Source: an uncultured Verrucomicrobiae bacterium | GTDB taxonomy: Bacteria > Verrucomicrobiota > Verrucomicrobiia > Chthoniobacterales > JAFAMB01 | Direction of reading: 5' to 3' | NCBI GenBank assembly: GCA_963762565.1 | Contig: CAVXLD010000001.1 | Coordinates: 1,248,001 to 1,312,000 of the forward strand | DNA: 64,000 nucleotides | Shown here: positions 1-10,358 of the stretch, piece after piece | Numbering within the stretch: position 1 is the first letter of the stretch | How the letters are laid out: the number at the start of each line of letters is the position of its first letter | Program-made: the position numbers and the translations under genes | Notes under the pieces: generated by a model | The model's database searches: none | What the model was told of the DNA's origin: nothing | The model's input: only the letters and a program-made list of their open reading frames with translations

Positions 1-112
1 TGGCAAGCCAATCTTTTTTACCAAAGAAGACCTGGGTACGGACGAGCGCTTAGTGTACCAAACGTTGAGTGACCGTGTGATGGCAGCCATCGCCGCTTTA
101 CAGAAGCCATAA
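1..112 (+). CDS. 3' end of a CDS, probably a lysophospholipid acyltransferase (PlsC-like); partial
   Basis: Frame from nt 2 reads GKPIFFTKEDLGTDERLVYQTLSDRVMAAIAALQKP* (TAA 110-112), resembling PlsC C-termini. Confidence 0.45.
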   Translation, partial: GKPIFFTKEDLGTDERLVYQTLSDRVMAAIAALQKP

Positions 113-128
113 CAGCTTCTTTAAAGCT

Positions 129-289
129 GCGATGGCTATGGGTTTTTAAACCGACGCCGACGTCTGTTTAAAAACCTGGCTTGGTGGCAGTATCTCTGAT
201 CGATTTGAAGGCTTGCAGCGGAAAGGACCGGCTTACAGCGTCCTTTCCGCCATAGCGCGCATCGCCCGCAAATGTCTCAGCATTTGCGG
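129..289. other. Multi-hairpin region between convergent genes (terminators or structured RNA)
   Basis: Hairpins 141-151/166-176, 218-228/240-250 and 266-274/281-289; closing helix 129-141/250-265. Confidence 0.5.
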
Positions 290-301
290 ACGATCGCGCG
301 C

Positions 302-754
302 TTAATGATTGGCCGTAGCCCGCCGTTGGATGGTGATGCGTTTGATCCTGGCATCATCGGTGGGGCTGAAACTCATCAATTCCGGGTCATCCTTCAGCGT
401 ATTATGAACGATCCGGCGATCGTAAGAATTCATTGGCTCAAGCTTTACCGGGCGTCCCGTTAACCGGACAGTGTCGGCGATCTGACGTATCCGTTGACGA
501 AGCTTATCGTCCCGCATGGCTCTCCAATGGCCAATGTCCACTTGTACCCGCGGTGCGTTCCTATCCCTCGACTGCAAGATCCGGTTCAGTAAAAATTGCA
601 GATCTTCTAAAGTTTCACCGTTGTGGCCGATTAACGCATCCGCTTCCGCGGTGAAAACCTGAAGCTGGATCCCGCTCTCCGTCTCGATCTCTTGAATCTC
701 CGCCACGAAGCCCAGATGACCTAACATTGTGTCTAGGATCTCTTTAGCATCCAT
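302..754 (-). CDS. jag: Jag/KhpB-like RNA-binding protein (KH + R3H, short form)
   Basis: LIGHNGETLEDLQ KH motif, PMNSYDRRIVH R3H motif; directly downstream of yidC. Confidence 0.85.
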   Translation of the reverse strand: MDAKEILDTMLGHLGFVAEIQEIETESGIQLQVFTAEADALIGHNGETLEDLQFLLNRILQSRDRNAPRVQVDIGHWRAMRDDKLRQRIRQIADTVRLTGRPVKLEPMNSYDRRIVHNTLKDDPELMSFSPTDDARIKRITIQRRATANH

Positions 755-778
755 AACGGGATCACGGGAACCCCTTAA

Positions 779-2512
779 TTAACGGTAACTCTTCTTTTTC
801 GCAACTGCCTGGGCTTTGACCGGCTTAGGCAAGTCCGGCGCGGTCTGCTTCATGGTGAGGTAGGTCTGCAGGATAGTGAACAGGTTCGACGCGGTGTAAT
901 AGAGCGATAGGGCCGCAGCGAAATTATAGCAGATGAATAGGAAAACGATCGGCATGATCAACAAAATCCGCTGCTGCGAGGCGTCTCCCGTTTTCGGTGT
1001 GATCTGGAGCTGCCAAAGCTGCGTCGCTGCCGACACCAGAGGAATAATGTTGAGAGGAAAACCGAAAATGTGAGCAACGGTGTCAGGCTGGGACAGGTCT
1101 CTAACCCACAAAAAAGAACTATCTCTTAGCTCAACGGCTGACCCCAGCATGGCGTAGAAAGCAAAGAAGATCGGGATCTGGATGAGCATCGGTAAGCAAC
1201 CAGCGAGAGGATTGATGTTGTACTCCTTGTACAACTTCATCATCTCTTGATTCATCCGCTGCTGATCATCCTTATATTTGACCTTCAGCTCGTTAATCAG
1301 CGGCGACAGTTTGGCCATCTTCCGCATGCTCTTCATTGAGACATTCTGGATGGGCCAAACCGCCCCCCGGATAATCACCGTCATGAGAAGGATCGACAAC
1401 CCGTAACTACCCACGAAAGCGTGGATCGTGTTCATCATGATCAGGAGTCCCGTACTGATGGGCCCGAATGGCAGCCCAAAAGGCAGTACGGCGGTGAAAT
1501 CGTCTCCTAGCTTTGACAGGCGGCCGTATTCCTTGGGCCCGGCATAAATCACGAATTCCTTACTCTTGGTTTCACCGGGTTGCAGATTGAAACCGGGAAA
1601 CCCGAGAGCGCCGTCGATGCTCCATCCTGGCTTTTGGGTCGGATCGTTGGAGAGAGGATCGCGTTTTGCCCAAACCTGGCCAGCGCTTTTGTCCTTCGAT
1701 TGAAGGATGGTGGTGAAGTATTGGTCGGCTACTGCGGCCCAGGAAATCTGGTCGCCGGTTGCAGAATAAATGTCGTGGCCGGCGGAGGTCGGGAAGAAAA
1801 GAAAGCTGGAAGGACCAAACCAGTCGACATTGACACTTTGGTACTTACTGTCACGATCCCAACCGAACGTGGTGTAGTTTGACCGATCATTGGCGTGGAT
1901 CGGTTGAGCTGCGCCGGTATTGACAAAGAAACCGGGCACGTCCTGAGCCGCGCCTCCGGTGTTCTTGAATCCGATGGTCAATTTAAGCTGAAACGGATCT
2001 TGGACCCCAGCCGATTTCCCGACCGTGTAGGTCTTGGTCACCTGGATATTATTTCCAATGTCTTTGGTTAGGGTGACCGAGCTATTCGCTTGATCGTCCG
2101 TGAGCGTATATCCGCTGTCCCGCCAATCGCTGGGATTTCTGGTGATGGCCCCAATGGCTGCCGCGCGATCGTTACTTAAGATTACCGGATGGTCGTCCTC
2201 GGCCTTGTACTGCAACAGTTCGACCTGCGTCAGGCCACCGCGCACATTGGAGAAATCCAGTTTCGCGACGTCGCTCTTCAAGGTGGCGTCTTGTTCCGGA
2301 ACCTCGGCCTGAGCTGGAGTCGGGGCTGACTGAGCGGTTACCGCTGGCGGTGTAGCCGCCGGTGTCGCGGAAGGTGGGGGCGGAGTGACCGGTTGGTTGG
2401 CGTAAGCCTGGGCTCGAGTTCTAGCCGCTTCTTGCTGCTGCCAGAAAATTGTCAGGATTAGGCCAATGACGGCTAATGGGACCACAATCCAAGTAAGGCG
2501 ATCGCGGGGCAT
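779..2512 (-). CDS. yidC: Membrane protein insertase YidC
   Basis: YNINPLAGCLPMLIQIPIFFAFY and WVRDLSQPD motifs; periplasmic domain; synteny. Confidence 0.97.
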   Translation of the reverse strand: MPRDRLTWIVVPLAVIGLILTIFWQQQEAARTRAQAYANQPVTPPPPSATPAATPPAVTAQSAPTPAQAEVPEQDATLKSDVAKLDFSNVRGGLTQVELLQYKAEDDHPVILSNDRAAAIGAITRNPSDWRDSGYTLTDDQANSSVTLTKDIGNNIQVTKTYTVGKSAGVQDPFQLKLTIGFKNTGGAAQDVPGFFVNTGAAQPIHANDRSNYTTFGWDRDSKYQSVNVDWFGPSSFLFFPTSAGHDIYSATGDQISWAAVADQYFTTILQSKDKSAGQVWAKRDPLSNDPTQKPGWSIDGALGFPGFNLQPGETKSKEFVIYAGPKEYGRLSKLGDDFTAVLPFGLPFGPISTGLLIMMNTIHAFVGSYGLSILLMTVIIRGAVWPIQNVSMKSMRKMAKLSPLINELKVKYKDDQQRMNQEMMKLYKEYNINPLAGCLPMLIQIPIFFAFYAMLGSAVELRDSSFLWVRDLSQPDTVAHIFGFPLNIIPLVSAATQLWQLQITPKTGDASQQRILLIMPIVFLFICYNFAAALSLYYTASNLFTILQTYLTMKQTAPDLPKPVKAQAVAKKKSYR

Positions 2513-2514
2513 GT

Positions 2515-2769
2515 TTAATTAGAAGGTTTTGAGTGGCGAGCGGGGACAGGATCGTAACCGGATCCTCCCCATGGATGGCAACGCAGGAGGCGCTTGGTTC
2601 CCAGCCAGCAGCCGGTCAACCAACCGTGGGTTTCGACTGCTTGGACAAAATATTCCGAGCAGGTGGGTAGGAACCTGCAACCGGAGCCTGGGCCGCCGGT
2701 CAGCGCCGCCAGAATGGGAGAAAGCGTTAACTTGTAGATCTTCAATAAGAACCTTAAAACGGGCGCCAT
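2515..2769 (-). CDS. yidD: Membrane protein insertion efficiency factor YidD
   Basis: [10 protein letters not shown]...[17 protein letters not shown]; start taken at ATG 2769. Confidence 0.92.
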   Translation of the reverse strand: MAPVLRFLLKIYKLTLSPILAALTGGPGSGCRFLPTCSEYFVQAVETHGWLTGCWLGTKRLLRCHPWGGSGYDPVPARHSKPSN

Positions 2770-2810
2770 GAGCGACTTCCTCCAGCGAGTCCAATGACCA
2801 GGTGGCCATG

Positions 2811-3185
2811 CTAAGACCGCGCTAAAATAGAAGCGCGCTCGGCTAACCGCAACCAATCTCGCTCCAGATCCCGGAAGCTGGCAGTGGCTGCAGATGGGCG
2901 CGCAATCGTCACCAACCAAAAGCCCGACATTAGATCAAATTGATGCAATCTAAAAACCTCTCTAATCCGTCTTCTGATCCGATTGCGAACAACAGCCATT
3001 CCAACCTTCCGCGTGGTGACGATCCCTACTCGGTTACGCGGCGCGTCCGGTTGGGCTAAAACGCCGAGCACCAGGTGGCGCCCGGTCCAGGACTGTCCCG
3101 CTTGTTTAACCAGCTTGAACTCCGCCGCGCGCGAGAGTCGAGAAGCCCGGGGAAATCGATAGCGTTCCCGCTTCTCCTCGGGCAT
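2811..3185 (-). CDS. rnpA: Ribonuclease P protein component
   Basis: [25 protein letters not shown] (RNR motif); start at ATG 3185. Confidence 0.93.
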   Translation of the reverse strand: MPEEKRERYRFPRASRLSRAAEFKLVKQAGQSWTGRHLVLGVLAQPDAPRNRVGIVTTRKVGMAVVRNRIRRRIREVFRLHQFDLMSGFWLVTIARPSAATASFRDLERDWLRLAERASILARS

Positions 3186-3225
3186 AACTTGTCGCGTCCG
3201 TACGCTTGGCCAAGGCGGAGTGATC

Positions 3226-3399
3226 TCAAGCCTGGGTGTGCCGAGCGAAATGGTTGTCAGTACCGACCGGTAGCAAGCGTCTCCGGCCGCGTTGACGGCG
3301 CCGGGCCAGCGTCGCACGGCCGCCCTTTGTTTTCATGCGAGCCCGAAAACCATGCTGACGCTTCCGGGTGCGCTTGGAAGCTTGATAAGTTCTTTTCAT
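3226..3399 (-). CDS. rpmH: 50S ribosomal protein L34 (57 aa, absent from the ORF track)
   Basis: Hand translation [57 protein letters not shown]. Confidence 0.95.
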   Translation of the reverse strand: MKRTYQASKRTRKRQHGFRARMKTKGGRATLARRRQRGRRRLLPVGTDNHFARHTQA

Positions 3400-3471
3400 A
3401 AAAGCGGATCCTGGATCGTCGCGAGTCGGGAATGATATTCAGCGAGGGACGGATGTCAACGAAGCGTTAAC

Positions 3472-3648
3472 GTTTGGCGTTCGGGGTTCGGCGTTTAGCA
3501 GTTGTGCCGTTTGCGGTACGCGCTTACGGTTTCGCCCTTTCCGCTTCTGATCTATTAGTGAACCATCTCCATTGCCGAATCCGAGTAGAAAACCAGAAGG
3601 TCAAGCTACTGAACCGCCGAACGCCAAACGCCGAACGTGAACGTGAAC
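3472..3648. repeat. Inverted pair of 7-mer tandem arrays (GTTYGGC)n ... (GCCRAAC)n
   Basis: gtttggc gttcggg gttcggc gtttagc (3472-3499); gccgaac gccaaac gccgaac (3616-3636). Confidence 0.8.
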
Positions 3649-4812
3649 CCTCAGACCGTCCTTGAACAGATCAAACAAGGGGGAACCCAACTGATTAGCG
3701 AACAGGAGTTGCTCCAGAAGTTGGCTGAGAATCGGCCGCTGAGGGTGAAGCTGGGAGTAGATCCTACTTCTCCTGATTTGCACTTAGGACACTCTGTGGC
3801 GCTAGCGAAGATGCGTCAATTTCAAGACTTCGGCCATCAAGGGGTCCTTATCATTGGCAATTTCACCAGCATGGTCGGTGACCCGACTGGACGGTCCGCC
3901 ACTCGGCCCGTCCTGACTGCAGAAGAAGTCGCCGCTAACGCTGAGACCTACCGGGCCCAAGCGTTCAAAATTCTCGATCCTGGTCGGACCGAGATAGTCT
4001 GGAACGCCGATTGGCTCGGAAAAATGACCTATCTCGACGTCATCCGGCTCAACAGCAGAGTGACACTCCAACAGATGCAGCAACGGGACGATTTTCGACG
4101 CAGGCTTGACGAGGGGAGCCCGGTCTTTCTCCACGAGTTGCAATATCCGATTCTTCAAGGGTGGGATTCGGTCGTGATTCGAGCAGATGTTGAGCTCGGT
4201 GCTACCGAGCAAATGTTTAATATCATGGTGGGCCGCGCATTGCAGAAAGAGCACGGACAACCGCAACAGATCGCCTGCTTATTGCCAATCCTTGAAGGCC
4301 TGGATGGAGTTCAAAAGATGAGCAAGAGCCTGGGCAATTACATCGGGCTGACCGACGCGCCAGAGGCGATGTTCGGTAAAATCATGAGCATCTCGGACGA
4401 GTTGATGGGTCGTTATTACGAGGTGTTGTTTAACGAGCCGGCGCCGGACGGTCATCCGCTCGACGCAAAGAAGGCTCTGGCGTCTCGGATCGTGACTCGT
4501 TACCACGACGCCATGGCGGCGAAAACAGCCTTGGAGGAATTCGAACGGCGGTTCGGCAAACGCGACCTGGAGTCGGCAAACTTACCCGAGGTACCGGTGA
4601 GCGCTCTAGGAAATGATCTGGTATCCGCCATCGTCACCGCGTATGCGATGGCGTTTAATCTAAACCGTTCCCGAAGCGATGTCCGTCGGCTCATCGAACA
4701 AGGCAGTGTCCAGTGGCAAGGCGAAAAGATAACTAATCCGAAAGAATGCCCCGCATTTCAGGCCGGCGAGGTCCTGAAACTGGATAAGACCCGAGCGGTC
4801 AGGTTGGTGTAG
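3637..4812 (+). CDS. tyrS: Tyrosine--tRNA ligase
   Basis: GVDPTSPDLHLGH (HIGH), KMSKS, C-terminal S4-like domain; start GTG 3637 or 3643. Confidence 0.97.
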   Translation: MNVNPQTVLEQIKQGGTQLISEQELLQKLAENRPLRVKLGVDPTSPDLHLGHSVALAKMRQFQDFGHQGVLIIGNFTSMVGDPTGRSATRPVLTAEEVAANAETYRAQAFKILDPGRTEIVWNADWLGKMTYLDVIRLNSRVTLQQMQQRDDFRRRLDEGSPVFLHELQYPILQGWDSVVIRADVELGATEQMFNIMVGRALQKEHGQPQQIACLLPILEGLDGVQKMSKSLGNYIGLTDAPEAMFGKIMSISDELMGRYYEVLFNEPAPDGHPLDAKKALASRIVTRYHDAMAAKTALEEFERRFGKRDLESANLPEVPVSALGNDLVSAIVTAYAMAFNLNRSRSDVRRLIEQGSVQWQGEKITNPKECPAFQAGEVLKLDKTRAVRLV

Positions 4813-4832
4813 TTTCGGTAGGGCGAAAAACA

Positions 4833-5101
4833 TGGTGGGGCGAGGCTCCGGAACGGGCTAAAACACCTCGCAAGGGGCATCGCGCGTATGTCATTGCTGT
4901 AGCGGATTGGGCCAGGGCACTGCCGAGCCGGTCCCAGCGCGATGCAACCTGAAAACCGGTCATGAGTTGATCGCTCGATTCCTGGACGTTGGCAAATCAG
5001 GGGCCGCGGCTCGGCAGCGACTCGGCCTTGCACATGTTGTCATGGAAACCCGCGGGGGGCTTTGGGATGACCAGTCCTAGTTCCGGAGCCTCGCCCCACC
5101 A
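4833..5101. mobile_element. REP/MITE-like foldback, family A copy 1
   Basis: 22-bp perfect IR TGGTGGGGCGAGGCTCCGGAAC (4833-4854/5080-5101); inner GCCGAGCCG 4922-4930 / CGGCTCGGC 5007-5015. Confidence 0.8.
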
Positions 5102-5102
5102 A

Positions 5103-5828
5103 TCAGCCCCTACCGTCACTCGTTTCCTTAAGAAGCTCTTCCACCGATCTTCTTTTCCTTAGCCGGAGCCAGTTATTCCAGGTTTTCCGGAAGCTGTCCC
5201 GGATCGAGAGGTAGTTTTGACTCAGGTCATTCTCTTTGCCGATTTGCTCTAAAATACCAGCCACGGAGAAATTTTCGGTTCGGAAAGTCGTAAACGCGGT
5301 GCCGATCGCGGCATAATGATGGGCATCACTGGCGGCTGTCATCGGTAAGCCGCGTCGAACCGCATAATCGTACGCCATCCGATTGTATCGTTTTAGGGTG
5401 GTAGCGGCGTTGAAAACCTCGATGGCATCGATTGGCAACGTGTTAAGGACGTTTTCACGAATTCCAGCCCGGAATAGGTCGTACGGATGAGGGGGAATGG
5501 CTACGCCTCCTGCCTCGTGAATCAAATGACAGACCTCTAAAGCGGGACGGCCTTTCAGGTCCGGCAGGACAGCACCAATGCAGAGCAAATGCCCTTCGGC
5601 GGTAGTGACCTCGACCCCGGGAATGATCAAAAAGTCGTTCACTGGCAAACCGTCCGGACGCATCAGTTCCCGGTCCGTCAAGTACTTCACGGCATCGCAG
5701 GTGTTGTGGTCAGTAATCGCAAATCCACTCAGCCCTTTAGCCCGAGCGGCTTCGATCAGTTGTTCAGGACTACTGACGCCGTCCCCGGAAAAAAACGAGT
5801 GGCAATGCAGGTCGATCTTCACAGGCAT
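5103..5828 (-). CDS. PHP-domain metal-dependent phosphoesterase
   Basis: DLHCHS, AITDHN, PGVEVTT, HP, SDAH motifs. Confidence 0.9.
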   Translation of the reverse strand: MPVKIDLHCHSFFSGDGVSSPEQLIEAARAKGLSGFAITDHNTCDAVKYLTDRELMRPDGLPVNDFLIIPGVEVTTAEGHLLCIGAVLPDLKGRPALEVCHLIHEAGGVAIPPHPYDLFRAGIRENVLNTLPIDAIEVFNAATTLKRYNRMAYDYAVRRGLPMTAASDAHHYAAIGTAFTTFRTENFSVAGILEQIGKENDLSQNYLSIRDSFRKTWNNWLRLRKRRSVEELLKETSDGRG

Positions 5829-5875
5829 GCGGCGTTTAAGTAAGCTGGAAACCAAAACTGTGCTACAGCTAACAG

Positions 5876-6490
5876 ATGGCGCAAGCACTAGGAAGAGGTG
5901 AATTAGACTCACTGAGATCGACTCAGGGCTCTTCCATTGCTTTTAAGGAATGGGCACTCGTCTGCGCTTCAACGCTGCGGGGCGAAACCAGCCTCATTTT
6001 CCGAAAGGGCGGTATTGCCGAGGGCCGCGAGGGATTTCGATTCCGTCACCAACGTTTTTTTCTTTTTCCAACTTTTTTTCACGAACAGGCAGATCGTTTG
6101 CGGATTGATGCCCCGATCATTGAACCGGAGCCAGACGTCGTGACCTTTTCCGCTTACGTTCACGTGGAGTTCACACGTTGGATCGAAGATTTAAGCGTGT
6201 TGCAATCACTCGCTGATCTCCACATCCTGAAGCCGGAGGTCTTAGAGCAGCGATTTGCCTATGATGATCCCAAGGGTCTCCATGTAGCAATGATCCGAGT
6301 ATTTCGGGTTGCGCCGGTGTGGAGTCTGCCTGTTCAGAAATCCTTTGGTGGTTGCCGCTCCTGGGTGGAGCTACCAGATGCACCGACGGAGCTGCGGTTT
6401 ACGCCAGTTGTGGACGACAGCGAACAGGCAGCTCGCAAGGCGCAGGTTTTGACGGCGGTTGGCGAGAAACGATCGGTGATTGGTGAATAG
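5876..6490 (+). CDS. DUF1802-family protein (start uncertain)
   Basis: AFKEWA..., RKGGIAEG, FFLFPTFFHEQ, GGCRSWVEL. Confidence 0.8.
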   Translation: MAQALGRGELDSLRSTQGSSIAFKEWALVCASTLRGETSLIFRKGGIAEGREGFRFRHQRFFLFPTFFHEQADRLRIDAPIIEPEPDVVTFSAYVHVEFTRWIEDLSVLQSLADLHILKPEVLEQRFAYDDPKGLHVAMIRVFRVAPVWSLPVQKSFGGCRSWVELPDAPTELRFTPVVDDSEQAARKAQVLTAVGEKRSVIGE

Positions 6491-6607
6491 TGATTGGTGA
6501 TTAGTAGGCGACGCGCGTCTGTTCTTCCTCCGGCCGATCAGGCAAAATCTCGCCAAAAAAATTCGGGTCATCACCGACCGTTCCACCAATCACGAATCAC
6601 CAATCAC
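6470..6607. repeat. Inverted pair of 7-mer tandem arrays (GATTGGT)n ... (ACCAATC)n
   Basis: gatcggt gattggt gaatagt gattggt gattagt; accaatc acgaatc accaatc. Confidence 0.8.
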
Positions 6608-6613
6608 ATTCCC

Positions 6614-7102
6614 TTACAGCTCTACGAGCTGGACCCGATTCATGGTTGAAGCCAGCCGATTCTGGACGCGCTTAATCTCCGGTGAACTCGCGTATTTGAG
6701 CAGGTCGCTTTTCAAGGTATCGAACGTAGACTTCGAAGCTTCGACCTTTTTCTTGAGGTCGGTCATGAAGTCTTGGATGTTTTTTTTCGCTTCCGCGTCG
6801 TTGTCCATGCTCTTGAGGACCTCAGAGCCCTGATATTTGTCCCGCACGCCGTTGTACTCATCCACGAACTTATTGGCTTCGTCGCAGAACTTATCTGCCG
6901 CCTTTACCACGTCCCCGTCGTTGTCGGCGCTCTTGATAGAATTCTCCAAGCTCTGCATAGCGTTTATGTAGATGTCCCAGGGCTTTTTGTATGCATCCAG
7001 AACGGCTTTCTGGTCAGCGTCTAGAGCGTACCCAGGTCGTGGCAGGACTAGGAGCACCAGACCGGTCCAAACAACAAACTTCAGAAGACTTTGCATAAAC
7101 AA
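6614..7102 (-). CDS. Hypothetical secreted helical protein
   Basis: Signal-peptide-like N-terminus (…PGYA|LD); charged helical body. Confidence 0.75.
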   Translation of the reverse strand: MFMQSLLKFVVWTGLVLLVLPRPGYALDADQKAVLDAYKKPWDIYINAMQSLENSIKSADNDGDVVKAADKFCDEANKFVDEYNGVRDKYQGSEVLKSMDNDAEAKKNIQDFMTDLKKKVEASKSTFDTLKSDLLKYASSPEIKRVQNRLASTMNRVQLVEL

Positions 7103-7167
7103 TAGGCGGCTAGAGACCGAAAAGTGGGGGAGAGGTTACTTCAGATCAATCAATTTTTCCGGTGACA

Positions 7168-7968
7168 TTATTTTGCCCTGTGCACCAGCAGCAAATAATT
7201 CGCAACCAAGGCCAGGCTGGACGAATTAATCACGTCGTCTCCTGAACGCGCCCAGAACTGGGTTGATGATCCTCCGTCCAGGTTAAGCGCTGAAATTACC
7301 GATGTGCGGCCGAGTAGATTGGGCGTCGACAAAATCTGGCCCATTTCCGCCAGTGTCACCGACCGGCATATCCCAAACCCCCAGACCGAATTGCTGCCTG
7401 CGAAAACGAACGTGCGGGCGGCGCTCCGACCGTTATTGAGCCCGGTCAAAACTCTGCCGTCTTCCACGAGAAACGGACCACACTGGATGGCTTCGCTTAC
7501 ATCTTTCAAGCGGGCGAAACGTGAGCTCCGGACAAGGCCAGGTTTCCCGTCCCGGACGAAAACTACACCGGACAAAAGCTTTGCCGTCCCAAACTGATGG
7601 ATGGTTCTGTTGTCGCTGATCAGCAATCCAACCGGGGTACCATCAAGTTGAAAATATCCACCGTTGACTCCCGCCACGGCATCGAAAGCAGCGGCTGCAT
7701 CCGCCACCGATCCATAGCGCCCTTCCTCGTTGCTGACGACACGGATCGCGAACCTATTAGGATGAAAAACAATGAGAAGAAGGTTGGCCGTCGTGGCATC
7801 GTTCGCGACTTTTAGCCTGAAAGGAACGCCGTCCGCTGGTTCAGAAGGTTGCCGATCGAGAACGCGCCATTCGGCAAACAAAGTCGCTGGCAGGAAACAG
7901 AGGAAGGCCAACAGGGCGTTTGGCGCTCGGCGTTTGGCGTTTGGCGTTTCGCGGTTGCGGCGTGGCAC
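7168..7968 (-). CDS. Phosphodiester glycosidase family (NAGPA/DUF2233-like) exported protein
   Basis: GVNGGYF, AIQCGPFLV, ALNLDGGSST motifs. Confidence 0.85.
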   Translation of the reverse strand: MPRRNRETPNAKRRAPNALLAFLCFLPATLFAEWRVLDRQPSEPADGVPFRLKVANDATTANLLLIVFHPNRFAIRVVSNEEGRYGSVADAAAAFDAVAGVNGGYFQLDGTPVGLLISDNRTIHQFGTAKLLSGVVFVRDGKPGLVRSSRFARLKDVSEAIQCGPFLVEDGRVLTGLNNGRSAARTFVFAGSNSVWGFGICRSVTLAEMGQILSTPNLLGRTSVISALNLDGGSSTQFWARSGDDVINSSSLALVANYLLLVHRAK

Positions 7969-8146
7969 AGCGGGATCTTCTAATCGGAGTCAAGGGCGCG
8001 GTCCAGTCCGAAGAGTTCGGCGGTTTCGATTCACAGGTAACCCGGAACGGAAGACCTGCCCAGCTCTGTCGAGGACGAGGACGACGACGAGGACAAGTAC
8101 GATCTCGAACGCAGAACGCCGAACGCCAAACGCTAACCGCTAACCC
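7915..8146. repeat. Inverted 7-mer arrays (GGCGTTT)n ... (AACGCCR)n enclosing a 6-mer (GAGGAC/GACGAC)n array
   Basis: 7915-7949 and 8107-8146; gaggacgaggacgacgacgaggac at 8072-8095. Confidence 0.75.
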
Positions 8147-9072
8147 TTAACCCCGGTGGCGAAAACAGTCTGGAAATAAGGGCTCTCGATCTCGCGAGAG
8201 ACAATTCGAACGTCGGTATCAACAAACTTCGCTTCTTTCAGAAAGCGCAGCAATTCTACTTCGCTGAAGCCTAGCCAAACGTCGGCGTAAAGATCTCTAG
8301 CCTGCTCGAAGCCGTGAGCGAGCAAATCAAGGATCAATATTCGGCCGGACTTGCGCAGGATCCGATGCGCTGCTTGCACCGCTCGGAGAGGGTCAATCGC
8401 GTGGTGAAGAGCTTGACTGAGAACAACAAGATCAACACTCGCTGGATCAATTGGCGGACTCTGAATGTCGCCTAATCGAAACTCCAAATTCTTGAGGCCG
8501 TGCTCTCTGGCCAATTGAGAGCCGAATTCGACCATTTTCTCTGATAGGTCAACGGCAATAACGCGCTTCGCTCGGCGCGCCAGCAACTGCGCTAAGGTCC
8601 CCTCCCCGGCTCCCAAATCGGCGATTTCCACCTCCGGGATCAACGTTAATAACACATGAGACAACGCTTGCCAGGAGCGCCCGGGACAGTAGCTACGGCC
8701 GAACTTGCCCGCGAGGCGGTTGAAATATTCGCGGGATCGGTCGTGGCGCCGGGCCAGGACATGAGCGCGAGTTCGTTCGTCCGCTTGTGCTTCAGGCAAA
8801 TCTTTCATCGCCAGAGACACCAGCCGTTTGAGGTCGTCGATTGGAATCGAGCCGTTTGCACCCCAAGCATAATAAATGTTTTTGCCAACGCGGCGGTCCT
8901 GGACCAAGCCGGCCCGCTTTAACTGAGCCAGATGCGTCGAGATACGCGACTGCCCCATACCGAGTACCTCTTGAATTTCGGCTACGGACAGTTCGTCCGG
9001 CTCGATGAGGTGTAGCAATCGGGCTCGAACCGGGTCCGAAAGCACTTTAAGTGAATTCAGCGTTGACGACAT
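8140..9072 (-). CDS. ArsR-family regulator fused to a SAM-binding methyltransferase domain (SahR-like)
   Basis: N-terminal ArsR HTH (LSVAEIQEVLGMGQSRISTHL), ADLGAGEG motif I; divergent from metK-ahcY. Confidence 0.88.
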   Translation of the reverse strand: MSSTLNSLKVLSDPVRARLLHLIEPDELSVAEIQEVLGMGQSRISTHLAQLKRAGLVQDRRVGKNIYYAWGANGSIPIDDLKRLVSLAMKDLPEAQADERTRAHVLARRHDRSREYFNRLAGKFGRSYCPGRSWQALSHVLLTLIPEVEIADLGAGEGTLAQLLARRAKRVIAVDLSEKMVEFGSQLAREHGLKNLEFRLGDIQSPPIDPASVDLVVLSQALHHAIDPLRAVQAAHRILRKSGRILILDLLAHGFEQARDLYADVWLGFSEVELLRFLKEAKFVDTDVRIVSREIESPYFQTVFATGVKG

Positions 9073-9087
9073 CGGATAGCGGGATAT

Positions 9088-9103
9088 ATCAGGATATCAT
9101 GAT
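9088..9103. promoter_or_regulatory. Near-perfect palindrome, candidate operator of the SahR-like regulator
   Basis: ATCAGGATATCATGAT (one mismatched pair) in the 97-bp divergent spacer. Confidence 0.6.
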
Positions 9104-9169
9104 TGGTCAATATACACCAGTCCTGCTCGCTCTAAACTGCTTGGGGATTCAATCGTAGTAATCAAGGCT

Positions 9170-10348
9170 ATGGCGCACCGATACATCTTTTCCTCGGAAT
9201 CCGTGACTGAAGGTCATCCGGACAAAGTCTGCGACACCATCTCTGATCGCATCCTGGACGCCTGTTTGGCCCAGGACCCGCAAAGCCGGGTCGCTTGCGA
9301 AACGCTCGCCAAAGGCAACCTGGTGGTCATCGCCGGCGAGATTACCACTAACTCAAGGTTTGACTATATCGAAGAGGTTCGCTCCGCGATCCGTGAGATC
9401 GGCTACGTCCACGAGGACTCACTTTTTCAGGCTGAGACCTGTCTGGTAGTGCAGGCTCTTAGCCGGCAATCTCGCGATATTGCCCAAGGAGTCGACGCCA
9501 AAGCCGCCGAGGGCAAGGAAACCGACGAGCAAGGCGCCGGAGACCAAGGCCTCATGTTCGGCTTTGCCGTTCGGGAGACGCCGGAATTGATGCCGGCGCC
9601 GATTCAACTCAGCCACAAATTGGGACGCGAGTTGACGCGTTTAAGAAAATCCGGCGAGTTACCCTGGTTGCGGCCCGACGCGAAGACCCAAGTTTCGGTC
9701 GAGTATGAGGGCTTTACCCCGATTCGAGTCACTGCGATCGTCATTTCGACCCAACATTCGCCCGACGTCAAACATAAGGAAATTCGGGAAACGCTGATCG
9801 AGCGCGTGGTCCGTAAAATAATCCCGGCCGAGCTAATCGATGCCGAGACGCGCTACCTGATCAATCCGACCGGAAGATTTGTTATTGGCGGTCCGGAGGG
9901 AGACTCCGGGTTAACGGGACGAAAGATCATTGTTGATAGTTATGGGGGCATGGGCCGCCACGGTGGTGGTGCGTTCTCCGGCAAGGATCCGTCCAAAGTG
10001 GATCGTTCAGCTGCTTATATGGGTCGCTACGTTGCCAAGAATATTGTGGCGGCGGGTCTGGCGGACCGATGCGAAATCCAGTTCGCCTACGCCATTGGCT
10101 ATCCCGATCCAGTGAGCATCTGCGTGAACACATTTGGCACCTCCGCAGTCGCCGAATCCAAGATCGAAGAGGCGGTCAAGCACGTGTTCAATTTTAAACC
10201 GGCCGCTATTATTCAACAGCTCGATCTCTTACGGCCGATCTATAGCCAGACCACCAATTACGGTCATTTTGGCCGGGAAGATGATTTAAACGCCTTAACC
10301 TGGGAACGCACCGATAAAGCCGAAGCCCTTCGGCAATTTGTCTCTTAA
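9170..10348 (+). CDS. metK: S-adenosylmethionine synthase
   Basis: [26 protein letters not shown]. Confidence 0.98.
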   Translation: MAHRYIFSSESVTEGHPDKVCDTISDRILDACLAQDPQSRVACETLAKGNLVVIAGEITTNSRFDYIEEVRSAIREIGYVHEDSLFQAETCLVVQALSRQSRDIAQGVDAKAAEGKETDEQGAGDQGLMFGFAVRETPELMPAPIQLSHKLGRELTRLRKSGELPWLRPDAKTQVSVEYEGFTPIRVTAIVISTQHSPDVKHKEIRETLIERVVRKIIPAELIDAETRYLINPTGRFVIGGPEGDSGLTGRKIIVDSYGGMGRHGGGAFSGKDPSKVDRSAAYMGRYVAKNIVAAGLADRCEIQFAYAIGYPDPVSICVNTFGTSAVAESKIEEAVKHVFNFKPAAIIQQLDLLRPIYSQTTNYGHFGREDDLNALTWERTDKAEALRQFVS

Positions 10349-10358
10349 TTCACGATCC

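Noticed and set aside
3400..3636. oriC or T-box next to rpmH/tyrS
   Set aside because: No dnaA, no DnaA-box cluster and no T-box motif seen; the spacer is occupied by 7-mer arrays
9073..9169. SAM/SAH riboswitch before metK
   Set aside because: Only 97 bp shared by two promoters, with no aptamer core recognised
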